From NCBI GenBank assembly GCA_021613535.1, contig CP075492.1, forward strand, positions 5,704,001-5,768,000: a stretch of 64,000 nt of DNA, given 5' to 3'. The stretch comes from Adineta vaga. Its lineage: Eukaryota; Animalia; Rotifera. The position numbers and the translations under genes were made by a program. This document shows, piece by piece, positions 1-17,068 of this stretch. Numbering within the stretch: the stretch's first letter is position 1; every line of letters begins with the position of its first letter. The notes under the pieces were generated by a model. It was not told where the DNA came from. It searched no databases and saw only the letters and a list, made by a program, of their open reading frames with translations.

Positions 1-639
1 AGAAATAACAAAATAAGAAATTGTTGGAACAGATATCGAATATTGCAAATTGTTGATTGTACTATGGAGTATAGTGTGTATTTCTTGAAATTATCTACTT
101 GATACTATAAGCAAAACTTCACATAAAGATTTAGATGTATAATAATCAATTCTAATATATTGACTCGTCCAAACAGAAATAACACTATATAATACCAACA
201 ATATTTTAGTTTTCAATGCTAGTAGAACATGAAACAGGACGGTAAAGACGTCAACAGATATTTTCTTATCTCATAATCATCACTGTAGTATCCTTATATT
301 GCTGAAATTATGTATGAAATATGTTTTGCTCTTGTTTGATACTTATAATAATAGTTTTTGATAGTTAATTTCAATGAATTGTATGCTATCTGTTTTTTAG
401 TGCTATAGATATCAAGATTTCGATAGCAATTCGTAGCATTCTTTATCAATTATCTAAATCTCATATTATTATACGCATGAAAAGTCATTTTAGTATGAAT
501 TTATTATGTTGCAGTTTTTCTTTTCAATCAGTAAAATAATCATGTCTGTTTCTTATGTTTAACGAAGGAAAAACAGCGATTAGATTGTTTTTTTACATCG
601 AGCAGGTGGATTAGAACCCTAAAGAATGAAAAAGTATGA

Positions 640-1556
640 TTAAGAATTGATATTATGAGTATTCATATTCATTTTTACTTTGTATGTATCACATAAAAGA
701 GCAATAAGATTTGTTTGAGCACGATCTTGAATTTCATCCGAATAATTTCCATTGAGTGTGACAAATGGTACAAAAGCCGTCGATGGTTTGATCTTTTCAG
801 TTTGAACAGCATAGACATGTTGTAATTGATTTCCTACTCGACTATTTGTACAAGTCGCGACTTTTTCATAATCAATGCTAGCATTTTGAGCACACTGTCT
901 TGCTACTGTTTCTACATCACCTAATATTGAATCCATGCAATAAATAAAAGGCTAAAATAAAACATTTAAAATCTCATTGGTTTTTCTTCATTCATTTTCT
1001 TCTTACTATATGTTGACGTGTATCGGGATAAGATGCAATGGCACAAGTCTATGAAGATAAAGAAATAGAAATATTCATATCTAATTGAAACACATTACAT
1101 GAATAAGATTTCCATAACATTCATCAGCACCATGTTGACAATAAAATTGATATAATTGTGTTTCAGGTCGATAGACTTCATGTGCATTTCCATAAGGAAT
1201 AAATGTTAAATTGACAATATCAGCAATAGCTTGATAAGCAAACCATACTTGAGTTGTCGTAAATTGACGACAATCAGCGCAAAGGGATTCATAATAGATT
1301 GTAAAATTAACACGATCATTTGTCGATGTATTCCATACAAATGATGTACATTGTTTAGTTACCTACGTCATACGAAAGAACAAATGTATTAGAAACAAAT
1401 AAAAGCAAGATTAATACACACTCCGCAAACAGCAGCGATTTCTTTTGTTTTACACCAATCACCAGGTGAATTGGGACACTTTATTGGTAGACTAGTTGTG
1501 ATTAAGATGAAAGAACCATATAGAATAGCGATAGAAAAAGAGATGGTACGCATCAT
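640..1556 (-). CDS. IFI30: Gamma-interferon-inducible lysosomal thiol reductase (GILT) with signal peptide and N-terminal saposin A-type motif; 4 exons
   Basis: Hand-spliced: MMRTISFSIAILYGSF..CPNSPGDWCKTKEIAAVCG|VTKQC..IYYESLCADC (CXXC active site)..FIPYGNA..CQHGADECYGN (GILT signature)|..last exon = ORF 640..936 with FVPFVTLNG. Confidence 0.92.
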
Positions 1557-2044
1557 GATGAGAATGATAAATAGAAATGTTAGATGTGATTAAAGATAAG
1601 AATTTTACGTCAACATGACGATGCAATCAGTTATCTTTCGTTAACAATCTATCGTCATAATTCTAATATCATAAAGGTCATTGAACTGACTTCCATTTCA
1701 ATACATGTTGTTCAACAACTGTTCAAACATTAGAAATTCACTAAGAAATAGAAAATAAATATATTCAATGTTCATATTACAAAATCTACTTGTTATATTA
1801 AATTATTCTCACAGAAGTTTAGAAAATATATCTCGTCATTCAATTTTTCTTTTCTCTCCGATCACATTGAATTGTCGTCAACAATAGCGTCATTCAAAAC
1901 AGAAATAAACTTCAAATAGTATCTTTATATTATTTTTCATCACAAATGAAACCATATAATTCTTTGAATTTGAATAAAACTATGATACGGTTTCGTTTTT
2001 TATTCAAAACAATGGATCATATCATTTCAATTATTTAATAGAAA

Positions 2045-2830
2045 ATGTTTTCAGAAACAACACCATCACATCTATCGGCAGCTATTCTAACGGGAAAAAA
2101 ACTAGAGAAGAGATTTTTTCAAACTCATATTGTACCTATTGATCGTGAACGAAAGAAAATACGTTTAAATGCTGATCGTCATATGGAAACATTCTTACAA
2201 ATAACTCGCAAACGACACGAAACATGGTATCGACATGATAAATATTTTCGTGATGCTTTAAAAAATGAAAAAGATCGACATGAAAAACGTAAAGAACGTT
2301 GTGGCTCATCGACTAATCCTATTCATAGTAGTGTACCTTCATTAATCACAATCAATTCTCTTCCCGATCGAACAACAAAAACAGCACAACGAACGTATCA
2401 AGTTATTCAAGCAGCACAAAAACTACTTGACAATTCTGCAGCATCACGAAATCCAAGTCGTCCATCAACAGCATTAAGTAGTTCGAAAAGTTTTTCAGCA
2501 AGAAGTTCTTCCGCATTGAATAGTGCAAGTCTAATTGTACCAATGACACAATCGATTGATTTCGATGAATATACTCGTTTAATGAATGAATCATTAAAAC
2601 GTGAAACTTATAGTGATTTTGTTGATCATTTTGTTAAATTTCGTCCAGAATTTCGTGAACAATTTGCTCAATTTCATCAGACAAATCAACGAGAAAATGC
2701 CGTCGAAAAATTAAGATTATTTAACCAAACATATTCAAAACAAAGAGATCAACGTTATTATGATTTAATTCAAAGTCTTACCGATTTTCGTTTGGAACAA
2801 AAAAGAAAATCATTCCGAAATCTTCGTTGA
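2045..2830 (+). CDS. Hypothetical 261-aa intronless protein, helical/coiled-coil with Ser-rich linker
   Basis: Long ORF in AT-rich DNA with host-like codon usage (CGT/CGA Arg); no recognisable domain. Confidence 0.7.
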   Translation: MFSETTPSHLSAAILTGKKLEKRFFQTHIVPIDRERKKIRLNADRHMETFLQITRKRHETWYRHDKYFRDALKNEKDRHEKRKERCGSSTNPIHSSVPSLITINSLPDRTTKTAQRTYQVIQAAQKLLDNSAASRNPSRPSTALSSSKSFSARSSSALNSASLIVPMTQSIDFDEYTRLMNESLKRETYSDFVDHFVKFRPEFREQFAQFHQTNQRENAVEKLRLFNQTYSKQRDQRYYDLIQSLTDFRLEQKRKSFRNLR

Positions 2831-3115
2831 AATCAAATTTCTTCTCTCTCCATTAACATTACAGTATCATTCATAGATTAGTAAATGAAAATCTATTACA
2901 TAATTGATTATACTTATTAACAATTCTAGAGAAAGAAAATAAATGGCGTTCTCTCTCTCTCTCTATGTACAATTAGATCTGTTAATCAGAATAAGCATGC
3001 CAAAAAGAAAAAGAAAACGATTTAAGGGCAAGAATAAAAGAAAAAAAAAGAGCATGTAAATAAGTTAATGTAAAAATTGATGATGATCTCAACTTGTCGA
3101 TGAGAAAAGTTACAG

Positions 3116-4011
3116 TTAAGATTTGAGATTCGCTAACATTCGTTCAATTTCTGCATCTTCCTCATTGACTTGTCGTCGGTTGGATGCCATTCCTGTTGCA
3201 CCTGCTGGAACTCGTGGAGCAACAGCCATCTTTTCATTAAATGAAATACCAATTTCATCTAAAACTTGATTAACAATCGCATCCTCCTCGTCAGAATCAC
3301 CTTCTTGTCCGAATGCAGCATCCAATGTTTCTCCCACTGAAAGAATGATTAATAAAAATCATCTGAAGATCGATATAATACATACTCATTTCTTCCTTGA
3401 TGCCCAATTTTGTATGTTCTTGAGCAAATTGTTGAGTAACTCTAGCCATTTGTTCTGGATTCATTACTTTATTCATTTTCGCCATGGTTTTCGCGGTAGA
3501 CTAAACATACTCTAATAAATGATTTCAATCGCAATCAATTGTCATTACTAACCTGCATGGCATTTGCCATTCGTATATTCGATGCCATCATGGTATTTTG
3601 TGTCGCTAAACCTTGGATTTGGCTGGATGCTTGAAAAGATTGAGCCTTTTGATTTCGTATTTTAACCAATTGTTTCGCTAAAATTTCCACTGCCTAAGAA
3701 AGATTTTCTTATTGAAATATTCATATATCAATAAAGTATAGTTTGGTTTCTTACTTTTTTATTATTACTCGTTGCATTTTTTCGAATTTCGTTAACCTTA
3801 AATCAATATACAATTTTAAGAGTATTTCAATACGAAATATTTACTATTCGTTGTTCTTCAGCTTCAAGTTTATGACGATCACGTGTCAATTCACGATCCG
3901 TTTTTCTCAACTCACGATTGTGAGCTTTCGTTTGCTCTAGAACAACAAACAAATCTATTCTATTGCTTTGAAATTGATCTCTTTACCTGGTATAGACTTT
4001 TTGCCAAACAT
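3116..4011 (-). CDS. CHMP2B: ESCRT-III subunit CHMP2B/Vps2-like; 6 exons
   Basis: MFGKKSIP|EQTKAHNRELRKTDRELTRDRHKLEAEEQRI|..|AVEILAKQLVKIRNQK..|..MAKMNKVMNP..|..EEDAIVNQVLDEIGI..EIERMLANLKS (MIM-like C-terminus). Confidence 0.92.
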
Positions 4012-4056
4012 TAGTTATCTGAAAAATAGAACAATACAATCAGTTGGGATTTGCTT

Positions 4057-5490
4057 TTAGAACTTTGTCTTATCAATATTGTCATTTAAAGGAAAGAAAA
4101 ATTTAAAAACTCCTTCAACACAACATCCTGATGTATATTCATGTTTCGGATGTCCAGCTGATACTTCTTGACAAGCTGATCCATGTGAGAAATCATACAC
4201 TGAATCCAATTCTTCACCCATCGGTTGATCACTGGCAACAAAATGAATAGCATTCGCTTTTAAGAAAGTTTTAATTTCATTAGTTTCTAGTGGTAAAATT
4301 GAATGAACTGAATCGGTAAATGCAATTTTCCATGAATTTGATAAGATACTATCTTGACGTTTACGTAATAAAAACATCAAACCATCACCACCAGCAGAAT
4401 GTGCAACAATATAAAATTTCTTCGCTGGAGATTTTAAAATGATATTATCATAAACATAAAGAACATGTTCACGATTTGTTGAAAGATTTGGAATTTTTTT
4501 TGTTAATGGGCGCGGAAGTGGATTAGAAGATAAATAATAAGAAAGTAATTCTTCATCAGTTAGAGATGATGGATCATTAGCTGTAGTTGTTTCCTTATCA
4601 TCTGTCGTTGTAGCTGAAGAAGTTGTATTCTCGGTATCAATCACATTCTTGTCAATATAACTTGTTTGATTTGGATTAAGAATTATTACAGATAGATTAT
4701 GTTCTTTAGCTTTGGTCATATAAGGAAACATACCTAAGAAAAGAAGAACTTCATTGTTAAAATCCGATATTTTCTTATCGATTTATAAATAAGTTTATGT
4801 ATCTCTAGAACAATATCTTGTTCTAAATGTAATGAAATTAGATGACATACTTCCAATATCGAGTGATTCATTGATACAACATGAACGTGCCCATTGTCCT
4901 GGACGTACAACTCCAGAGCCTTGCAATAAGATTAGACATCCATTTTCATTCGTTTCAAAATCATCGGAAGTAAATATATTCACTTGATCATGATGATCAT
5001 CATCATCTGTATTTTCAGTTTTTTCTGGTAACCATATTTCTCTATAATTCCATGGATCACTTTTCATTAATGATTGAATATATGTATCGATACAATTACC
5101 CAATGCATTATAATGACGTTGTGAAAGAAAAATAAACTTTTCATCTGTTAAACAATGACGTAAATGATTTGAATCTTTGTACGAATAATTAAAGTCTTCA
5201 ATAGATGTTGGTGTTTTTGTTTTTGGAATTGTTAATAAAATATTATTGAGTCGAGTTTGAAGATCATTGGGTAGACGATCACGTTCAATGGGTTCATTAC
5301 AGAAGTTGCATGGAAGTTTGTGAAGAAACAATGAGCCTATTCGGCCTTTCTCAATATCTGTCGAAATCATTTTTGACCAGCATGATTCACATAGGTTGTC
5401 ATTCTTATTTGAACAACATTGATGTAATGTCACCGAATCTTCTACACAAACTGCACATGTATCTGCTATTTCAGTTGATGATCGATTCAT
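4057..5490 (-). CDS. FAM172A: FAM172/ARB2A-family alpha/beta-hydrolase-fold protein with N-terminal RING-like Cys cluster; 2 exons (intron 4734..4850)
   Basis: [54 protein letters not shown] and SAGHPKHEYTS match FAM172/Arb2 motifs; phase-1 GT-AG intron joins the two ORFs in frame. Confidence 0.88.
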
Positions 5491-5796
5491 CTAGAATAAA
5501 AGAAATTCTTGTTTTGTTTGAAGAACAATTGAAAAATAAAAGATCAAACAAAATCGATGTGTAACCTATTACAAAGTATCTTTTTTCTTGTCTCACTATA
5601 AATATATATATATATATCGCACTCTCACGCTTTTTTCGGTGATGATCTCTCTTTCAAAGTTCATTTTATTTGCCACTTTTGTTTTCGTCGTTGAAGATAT
5701 CCATAATTCCAATCATATGAACAGATGGTACGCATGTAGATTTGAAAGAATTGGCTTTTTTTTTCATCATAATTATTAATTTGTTTGAAATTTCAA

Positions 5797-9939
<4,143 letters not shown>

Positions 9940-10435
9940 TATTTTTCTAATCTGGAAATAAACAAATAAATAAATAAATAAGGATGATTAAGTTTCGAGT
10001 TGAAAGACAGAGAGAAAATATTTATTTTGACGATGAATGAATATATGAAATTGAAATGATTCATCATCAATCCTGACATATAAAATATGAAATCTAGAAG
10101 ATTTTACAGATAACCAATAAGAATATTTTCATGTGAGTAAGAAAAATCTTTTCAAAAAATGAAAAATAATCAGAAATTTTGATTTTATTCGAACCAATTA
10201 TTCGAATAAAAGTCTTATAAAATGAATAAAAAAATCATATGTATCCTAGCGACATCTTTTGAACCAAACTGTATCATATTTCATTATTGTTTAAATATCA
10301 AATTCATACGTTGCATTTTTCGATGATTAGTTATCTCTACTCTAACAAAAATCAGATATTTGTTGTTAATTTACTTAACAGAATTCTTCGAATTTATTAA
10401 TATATGAATAGATAAATTTCTATTAAAAAATCGTT

Positions 10436-10741
10436 CTAATAACAAGTTTTTTTATAGCACATTTGTGAACAACATTGATTATTATTTGAACACCATGCTC
10501 CTGGACAATAACAACCAAATCCAACTCCAATAAATGGACTAATTTTAGAATCACATTGAAAATGTGTCCATACTGTTCCTGGCATTGATGCAATACCATC
10601 TTGCTGTTGATTTGGATGAAAACGTGATTGTTTATCTGATTTCTTATGAAAAAATAAAACTGTTCCATGGGACAGTAATGGCATTCGAAGAATTAATAGA
10701 AGAAAATATAATATGAACATTTGCCAAAAGAAACTAAACAT
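10436..10741 (-). CDS. Small secreted precursor with C-terminal cystine-knot (ICK)-like peptide
   Basis: Hydrophobic N-terminus MFSFFWQMFILYFLLLIL; C-terminus GCYCPGAWCSNNNQCCSQMCYKKTCY (C-x6-C-x5-CC-x3-C-x4-C); exact start Met uncertain. Confidence 0.7.
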   Translation of the reverse strand: MFSFFWQMFILYFLLLILRMPLLSHGTVLFFHKKSDKQSRFHPNQQQDGIASMPGTVWTHFQCDSKISPFIGVGFGCYCPGAWCSNNNQCCSQMCYKKTCY

Positions 10742-11259
10742 TTTCGAAATCATCTTTTTTACCAATGCATCTATGAAAAGAAAGACGTTTATAAGAGGTG
10801 TTGAATTGTTTCTTACAGAGTAGAGTTTATATCAATGTATGAAGAAAGTCTCTTCCGTTCACTATTCATACTTTCTCCGATTAATATTCTTCTTTGTCTA
10901 TTATTACACTCAAGCAATAAGATTTCATAAGAAAAAGAGCAATTCCAATACTATTAATACGTCAAAAAAAAAGAAGGAGATGAAGAAAGTATGTTTATAG
11001 ATATTTATATGAAGTTCATAATTAGAAAGAAATCGATTTCTATTCGATATGTATTCCAGTTGATTAAATCGATCAGTATTAGAAGAATTTTCTGGATTGA
11101 TTTGCTATTTGTAGCAGAAAAATTGTCATATATATATATATCATAAAACGAGAAGCAAAAAAACACATGTATTCATTAGTTATTTATTTGAACAAAAGAA
11201 ATGAAACGATTAGATATGGTACAAACAGAAAGCTAACAAAAATGACTAGATTTTCAATT

Positions 11260-13323
11260 TCATAGTAAATGTGGACCTGATAACGTTGACGGTATTGATA
11301 TTTGTTCACGATAATGTCTACATCGAGAGAAAAATCTCATTAATTCTCGACGAAATTTCATTCCACAAAATGAATATAAGAAAAAATTGATCGAATAAGA
11401 TAAATATGAAACATGTTGACTAACAATTAGAATGATATAAAAAATACGAAAAAGCTTTAATTTGAATTGTGTAGAATTTTCACGATAAACTTGAGTTGTT
11501 ATTGTTGTTGTTGTTGCTACTGATGATGATGATGATGATAAATTTGAACTAAAATTTCCATGAATAGCTTGATTAAATGATGAATCTGAAAGAAAATTTG
11601 ATCTTAAAATTTTAAAACTTATTGTACATATATGACATGGCGCATTTAATAAGAGAAAACAGGTTGATACTAATATAAGCATACGTGTCACACGATGTGA
11701 TTGAGCATGTGAACGTGTTGTTGAACGAATTGAGGTAGCACGACGTGTTTTCTTACGAACCGAAAGATAATTAGAATTCTTTACACCATTTTTTGTAAAA
11801 TGACAGATTGTCGACTAGAACGAAATCAAAAAAGTATAGTAGTAGAAAAAACAAACAAAAGAACATGTTCAATTGTATATGACGTATTTGCTTTTCCTGA
11901 CTTCTAAATATAACAATATGATGACATAAATTACAGGCGACAGTTCAGTTAAATTCTTGTGGAAAAAAACAAAACTCAATCAAAATAATGAATTGCTCGT
12001 TTTGTTTTTTCTAACAGAAAAAATATTTACTATGTAATAGATTGTTCTCAAACAAATTTATGATCGAAAAATAAACTCATCCATTTTGTTTTTGTTCACA
12101 TCATCTCATGCGTCATTTGTTGTTGGTAAAAGAATTAGAATCTCTATTACCTTGATGTCATCGATATAACGCCTACAGATACTATTTTATGTTGTATGAA
12201 TTCATGTTTGCAACCTATATTTACCAAAAAAAACACCTATATTTGTTCCGGATGAAGTTCTAATTTATTTCTCAAAACTAATGTTAGGTTAACTCGTTTT
12301 TGTTTCTGCTGATTGCCGAATCTGACATGAATCATAACATTCTTTTCTATCTGGACTTTTTCATGTCTATTCGAGCATGTTCAACTTGAATATCATTCAT
12401 GTAGATAAAAAATACTTCTATTTTTAAACTTAATAGAAAAGAAAACGGGTTATTTTAATACTGAATTTTACTTCTCAAGAATAAAATCTAGTATGATAAA
12501 CTTAGCCTTACTTTTGTACTTTGGTCCGATAATCTTGATGGCGAATTTGAATCAATTGAAACTGAAGATTTTTTTCGATAACTTAATGGTAAAACTTCAT
12601 GTTTAGTTCGTTTGTTATTTAAGGCTAATTCTTGTTGTTGACGCGAAGTTCTTCTTAAATGAAATATAATTAATAGATTCAATGTTGCAATAATAAGAAA
12701 TGGAATTGCAAACGATAATAATGCATCGGATATAAACCATTTCAAAGCTAATCCTTCTTCACAACCATCATAAACATTATTTTCTACAAGATTATAACAA
12801 TATGTTACACCAAACAGAATTGTCAAAGTTTCAACAACATAATGTAAAACATGAACATTTTTTTCCATGAAAACACTTAGAGGAAATCGTACCGCAATGA
12901 AACGTTGAATAGTAAAATGTGCGGTAAAACAAGCAGATAATAATTCAGCTAAATGAGAAGTAAATGATAAGAATCGACAGAATTTATTAGAATTTAAGCC
13001 ACTTAATTTATTTATACAAAGTGAGACAAGTGTTAAATTAAATAGGAGATCGGCTGCACCTAAAATAAATTTTGAAAACAAAAGAAAAGAACATTAACGA
13101 TTTTCTTTTTCTAAAAACAAAAATCTGTAATTTTACCAAGTGCAATTAATGTACAATTATTGAAATTTTTTGTTAAGGATCGTTTTGATAACATAATTAT
13201 AGTCAGAACATTACCAGCAATACCAAGTGATGAAACAATAATCACATAAGGTGTAGATATTTGTTCTAAAGTTGTCTGTATATATCCCAATGTACTAGTA
13301 GGTTGAGAAATACTTTCAGTCAT
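11260..13323 (-). CDS. Class A GPCR, FMRFamide/sex-peptide-receptor-like orphan peptide receptor; exons 13323-13137, 13059-12512, 11814-11260
   Basis: TM1 GIAGNVLTII, TM2 ADLL, TM3 FCR..TIQRFIAVRFPL, TM5 IPFLIIATLN, TM6 VTRMLILVSTCFLLLNAP, TM7 YSINFFLYSFCG..FR. Confidence 0.88.
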
Positions 13324-16259
13324 ATTGATTTCGTTGACAAAACAAAAGTATTCTTATGACATTCAATCTAAATGAATAAAGAATAACTTTCGAATCCTTT
13401 TTTTCTCAACTTTATGTTTGATTTTAATTTCTTATGAAAGAAAAAAAAACTTTTCTCATCTCAAAATAAACTACTCAGCACTTTCCTACATTAATATGAG
13501 AATGTAATAAATGGATTGTAAAATCATCATTACTTCATGCATTGACATTTTTCAAGAAAATGTCTCTATTGTTCATTAAGGTTTGACTCTTCTCTTGTCA
13601 TACAAGATTAGAATATGAATTCGAGAGGAAAATTGTTTCTATCAATAAAAATGCGTCAATTTTAACGCCTCTCTACTTACTTGCCATATGTTAAAGAAAA
13701 TGCATTTAAAGATCTCTTGTTACACGAAGTAGGAGGCAGGTTTGTCAGGCATTAAAAATAAGAATTCTAGTTTTTTCTCTTACCTGCCATAGATAATTAT
13801 CTATTTCTCGTCAGAAAAAAAAGGAACAATAATAAAAAGCTTCACATATTCTACCATCTCTTCTTCTTCTTCGAAATAAGAAAATATCTCCTAATAGAAA
13901 ACTTAATCATCTGGACATGATTATTTACGGAAGTAAAAAAACTTATTTGATATGATAAAAGAGAAGAAAAATCTCATGTATTTTTAGTTCTACAATGCAA
14001 ATATTCAATAAAAATGCGTCTTGTTTTTAGTTCTCTAATAAAAAAAAGAAAATGCTGAATAACAGTAGCATTAAATGTCTTTCCAGTTTCTCGAGCTATG
14101 AATGTTAAGTATACACGTTCACAATGCATATATTTGATAATCTTTTTTGTTTCTCTTCTTTTTATTCAAATAACCAACTTTAGAATATGAGGGAAAAAAA
14201 ATACGACATAAAAAAGTTCTCTTCGAGGGAATATCGTCATTCCAACATTAGATTAACATATGCTACTAACAAATTAATAGGAAAACAAAGAAGCATATGT
14301 CATGAAGGAGACTTTTCTTCCTCTCTCTTTTACATTGAGTTCTTTTGGTTTCTCTAATCGAATATTAAATGGTTTCAAATTGATTAGAAACTGTTATGTA
14401 TAAGTCTAATGAAATGTTTTCGTTGCGCATTTATTTCTCAACAATTTCATAGAACTTATTCTCATTACTATTCTTACAAATTTCTAGTTCATCAAGTCAA
14501 TGACAATACGCCTACGTTATGATTCTATTTGTTTCTTCAAAATAATCATGAGTTTTGCTCTTTCAATTATCATAGACGAACTTTTTTTCTAGGATTTATT
14601 TCAATTATATTCGATAAAAATAGATAAGAATGTTCTTTGGATAGGTGCAATACGATTATAATCAGTCTTCGGCTAGGGGGAGGTCTAACATATACTCTTT
14701 TTATTATTCATTGAAAAAAATCATATCTTCTCGTACTTATTATCGTTTATTCCGAGTTCATTTCTTATACGATGAAACTCCATCAATGTTGATTAAATAG
14801 ATACAAAACAACGTGAAGTTTTTAATAATAACAATTCAATTTCATTTTATTAGCCACTATGATGCACACTGAAAATTCTCTTCCGCTCATAAGTTTATTT
14901 CTTACACATGGATAGATGATATTAGTATTCTAAAACTTAATAACAATAACTACGTGTCAGTAAATCATAATTAGACTATCCTCTTTATCTACATTAATAG
15001 GCGCATCCATGATAAAATCGCATTGTATATAATTACGTCTACTACGCCATATTTATTCTTTCATTCATTCTAAGTACACATGAAGACAAACAATTTCCAT
15101 TTCTATATGCATCACTGACATATTTTCATCAGCAATATCGAATAGTTAAGTTTTATCCTTACCTAATTGACAGTTTCATGATTAGGCTATCGGACATTCA
15201 AGTGTTTCATATGAATATTTGAAAAGAAAACTTTATTTAATACTTACACCGAATTTCTATCATCACGTTTTCAAAAGAACAATTACAACAATTATAATTG
15301 TTCTTCTTCTTTGTTATATGTTAATGTAAAGGAAAATAAATAACAACTTCTCATACTTTGAAAATATACGCAATTTGTTTCACACCAACTATCTTCATCT
15401 CGATTGAGAAATTGTGAGTATATCAACGTTGAAAATCTCACAATCATTTTCATTACTTGTTCTAAGCGTATTATTGTTTGAATCATTTTCTTCGTCGAAT
15501 CTTTGTATAGCGAAGCTAAATAAATGAATTAGATAGCCAGTGTTGATCTTGCAAGTATTTGGTCTATTGTCTTGTTCATCTTAAGTCATATCAGTTCGAC
15601 TATTTTTTGAATAACAATGCATACTGGTTTCCATGTGCTTCCTCAATATATCGTAAATTAATAGTGGATAAAAAATTTGTTACAAAACGCAGAAATTTTC
15701 AGGTGACGAACAATTCTTGTAGAACATAAACGCTCAAAACTAAATGAAATAGAGTATTTTCCAGTCGGATAATTAAATTGACTTCATCAATAAAAGATGA
15801 ATACACTAAGGAAAATATTGTAAAAAAAACTCCTCACGTACTTATTTGAATGCTTATCTTTATCAAACCAACAATGTATTTCGTTTATGAAAATTAAATA
15901 TTACTTGTATGCTTCATGTATATTGAAAAGAAAGATAAATTATCTCGCCAGGGCTAGGATGGTAAGCATTACTGTCTAAACAAATATATCATGCTTCATA
16001 AATACTAAAATCTCTCCTTTGTGCAACCAAGAATCCCGTAAAAACACATATTTCTCTTCATAGGGAAATGAATGTTCGTTAGTTCTCTACGATACTACAC
16101 AGGAAAATATTCGATTTTCACTTCTAAACATATCTAATATTCATCTATATTTGATTTATTACTTCACATCTCGAATAAACAGAAAAGGAAGTGTTTTTTC
16201 TTTCATGAGATAACACTAGATCAGAACAAAAAACACTACAGGAAACACAACAACACTTA

Positions 16260-17068
16260 TTATTTCGAGAAGACAACATTATTCATACAATTGAAAAGTA
16301 CATCTTTATCATTGTTGTTGCTGTATGTCAGGGAGAAAGTAAATCGATATCCATTAGGAGCACTTCTGATCAGTTGAGTTTGTTTTAGGATCATTGAATT
16401 TCCTAAATTGTGAAGCGATTCTTGTGCAGCATAAACCAAACCGTTTGCTGTATATTCCACACAATCACCTCGGCTTACTATAGCGTTATTGGCTGACGTG
16501 ATCAATGCTTGAGCATTGAAAACGTCACAATCCTTGCCAACAATTTTTTCATCTGTGATTTTCTCAGCTACACCAATGATATTTGCATTAGTCTGACCAT
16601 TTTCTGTTCCCAATGGATATTTCGTAAAACCAATTAGAGGTATAAGACTGACATTTTCAACAGATTCTGTAGATATCTGCTTAATTTTTGACGTGACTTC
16701 ATTAACAGCGGTTTGAAGCAACGAATGAAGGTGTTCCGAGTCGATTTCTAACCAGCCGTCCGGTTTCTCTATTGTCATACCAAAAAAAGCATTTAAATAG
16801 TAGTTGTCATTCGTATTTATAGTCTTATATGGTGAAGCATCGCCGTTTTTCGAAGAAGCTACAATGAAACAAAAACAATATCAATCTTTACTCATAGAGA
16901 ATTCCATTGAAGATACATTTCATGAAACACATAGCTATCCCATTCGAGCTATCATAAATATGTATAATACCACGAAGGAAATATCTCAATATACGTACGA
17001 ACTGGGTTGCTGGTACCAAGTTGTACAAATGCCAAACTTGCTAAGAGTATAAACCAACGAGATGCCAT
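16260..17068 (-). CDS. Secreted 222-aa protein with bacterial-like PsbP/DcrB-type domain; 2 exons (intron 16859..16998); HGT candidate
   Basis: Exon 1 MASRWFILLASLAFVQLGTSNPV (signal peptide); phase-1 GT-AG intron; exon 2 ..YYLNAFFGMTIEKPDGW..FTKYPLG..NANIIGVAE..QTQ..YRFTFSLTY..VVFSK. Fold call is from motif pattern only. Confidence 0.72.

Noticed and set aside
1-330. Possible minus-strand membrane-protein/GPCR fragment at the window edge
   Set aside because: Stops in the frames examined and no diagnostic motif; cannot be supported
1340-1556. Saposin A-type motif fused to GILT as a novelty
   Set aside because: This architecture is already known in invertebrate GILT-like proteins
14850-15720. 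Coding-like composition, possible decayed F-box/LRR relic, including ORF 15292..15486
   Set aside because: No continuous frame or recognisable motif
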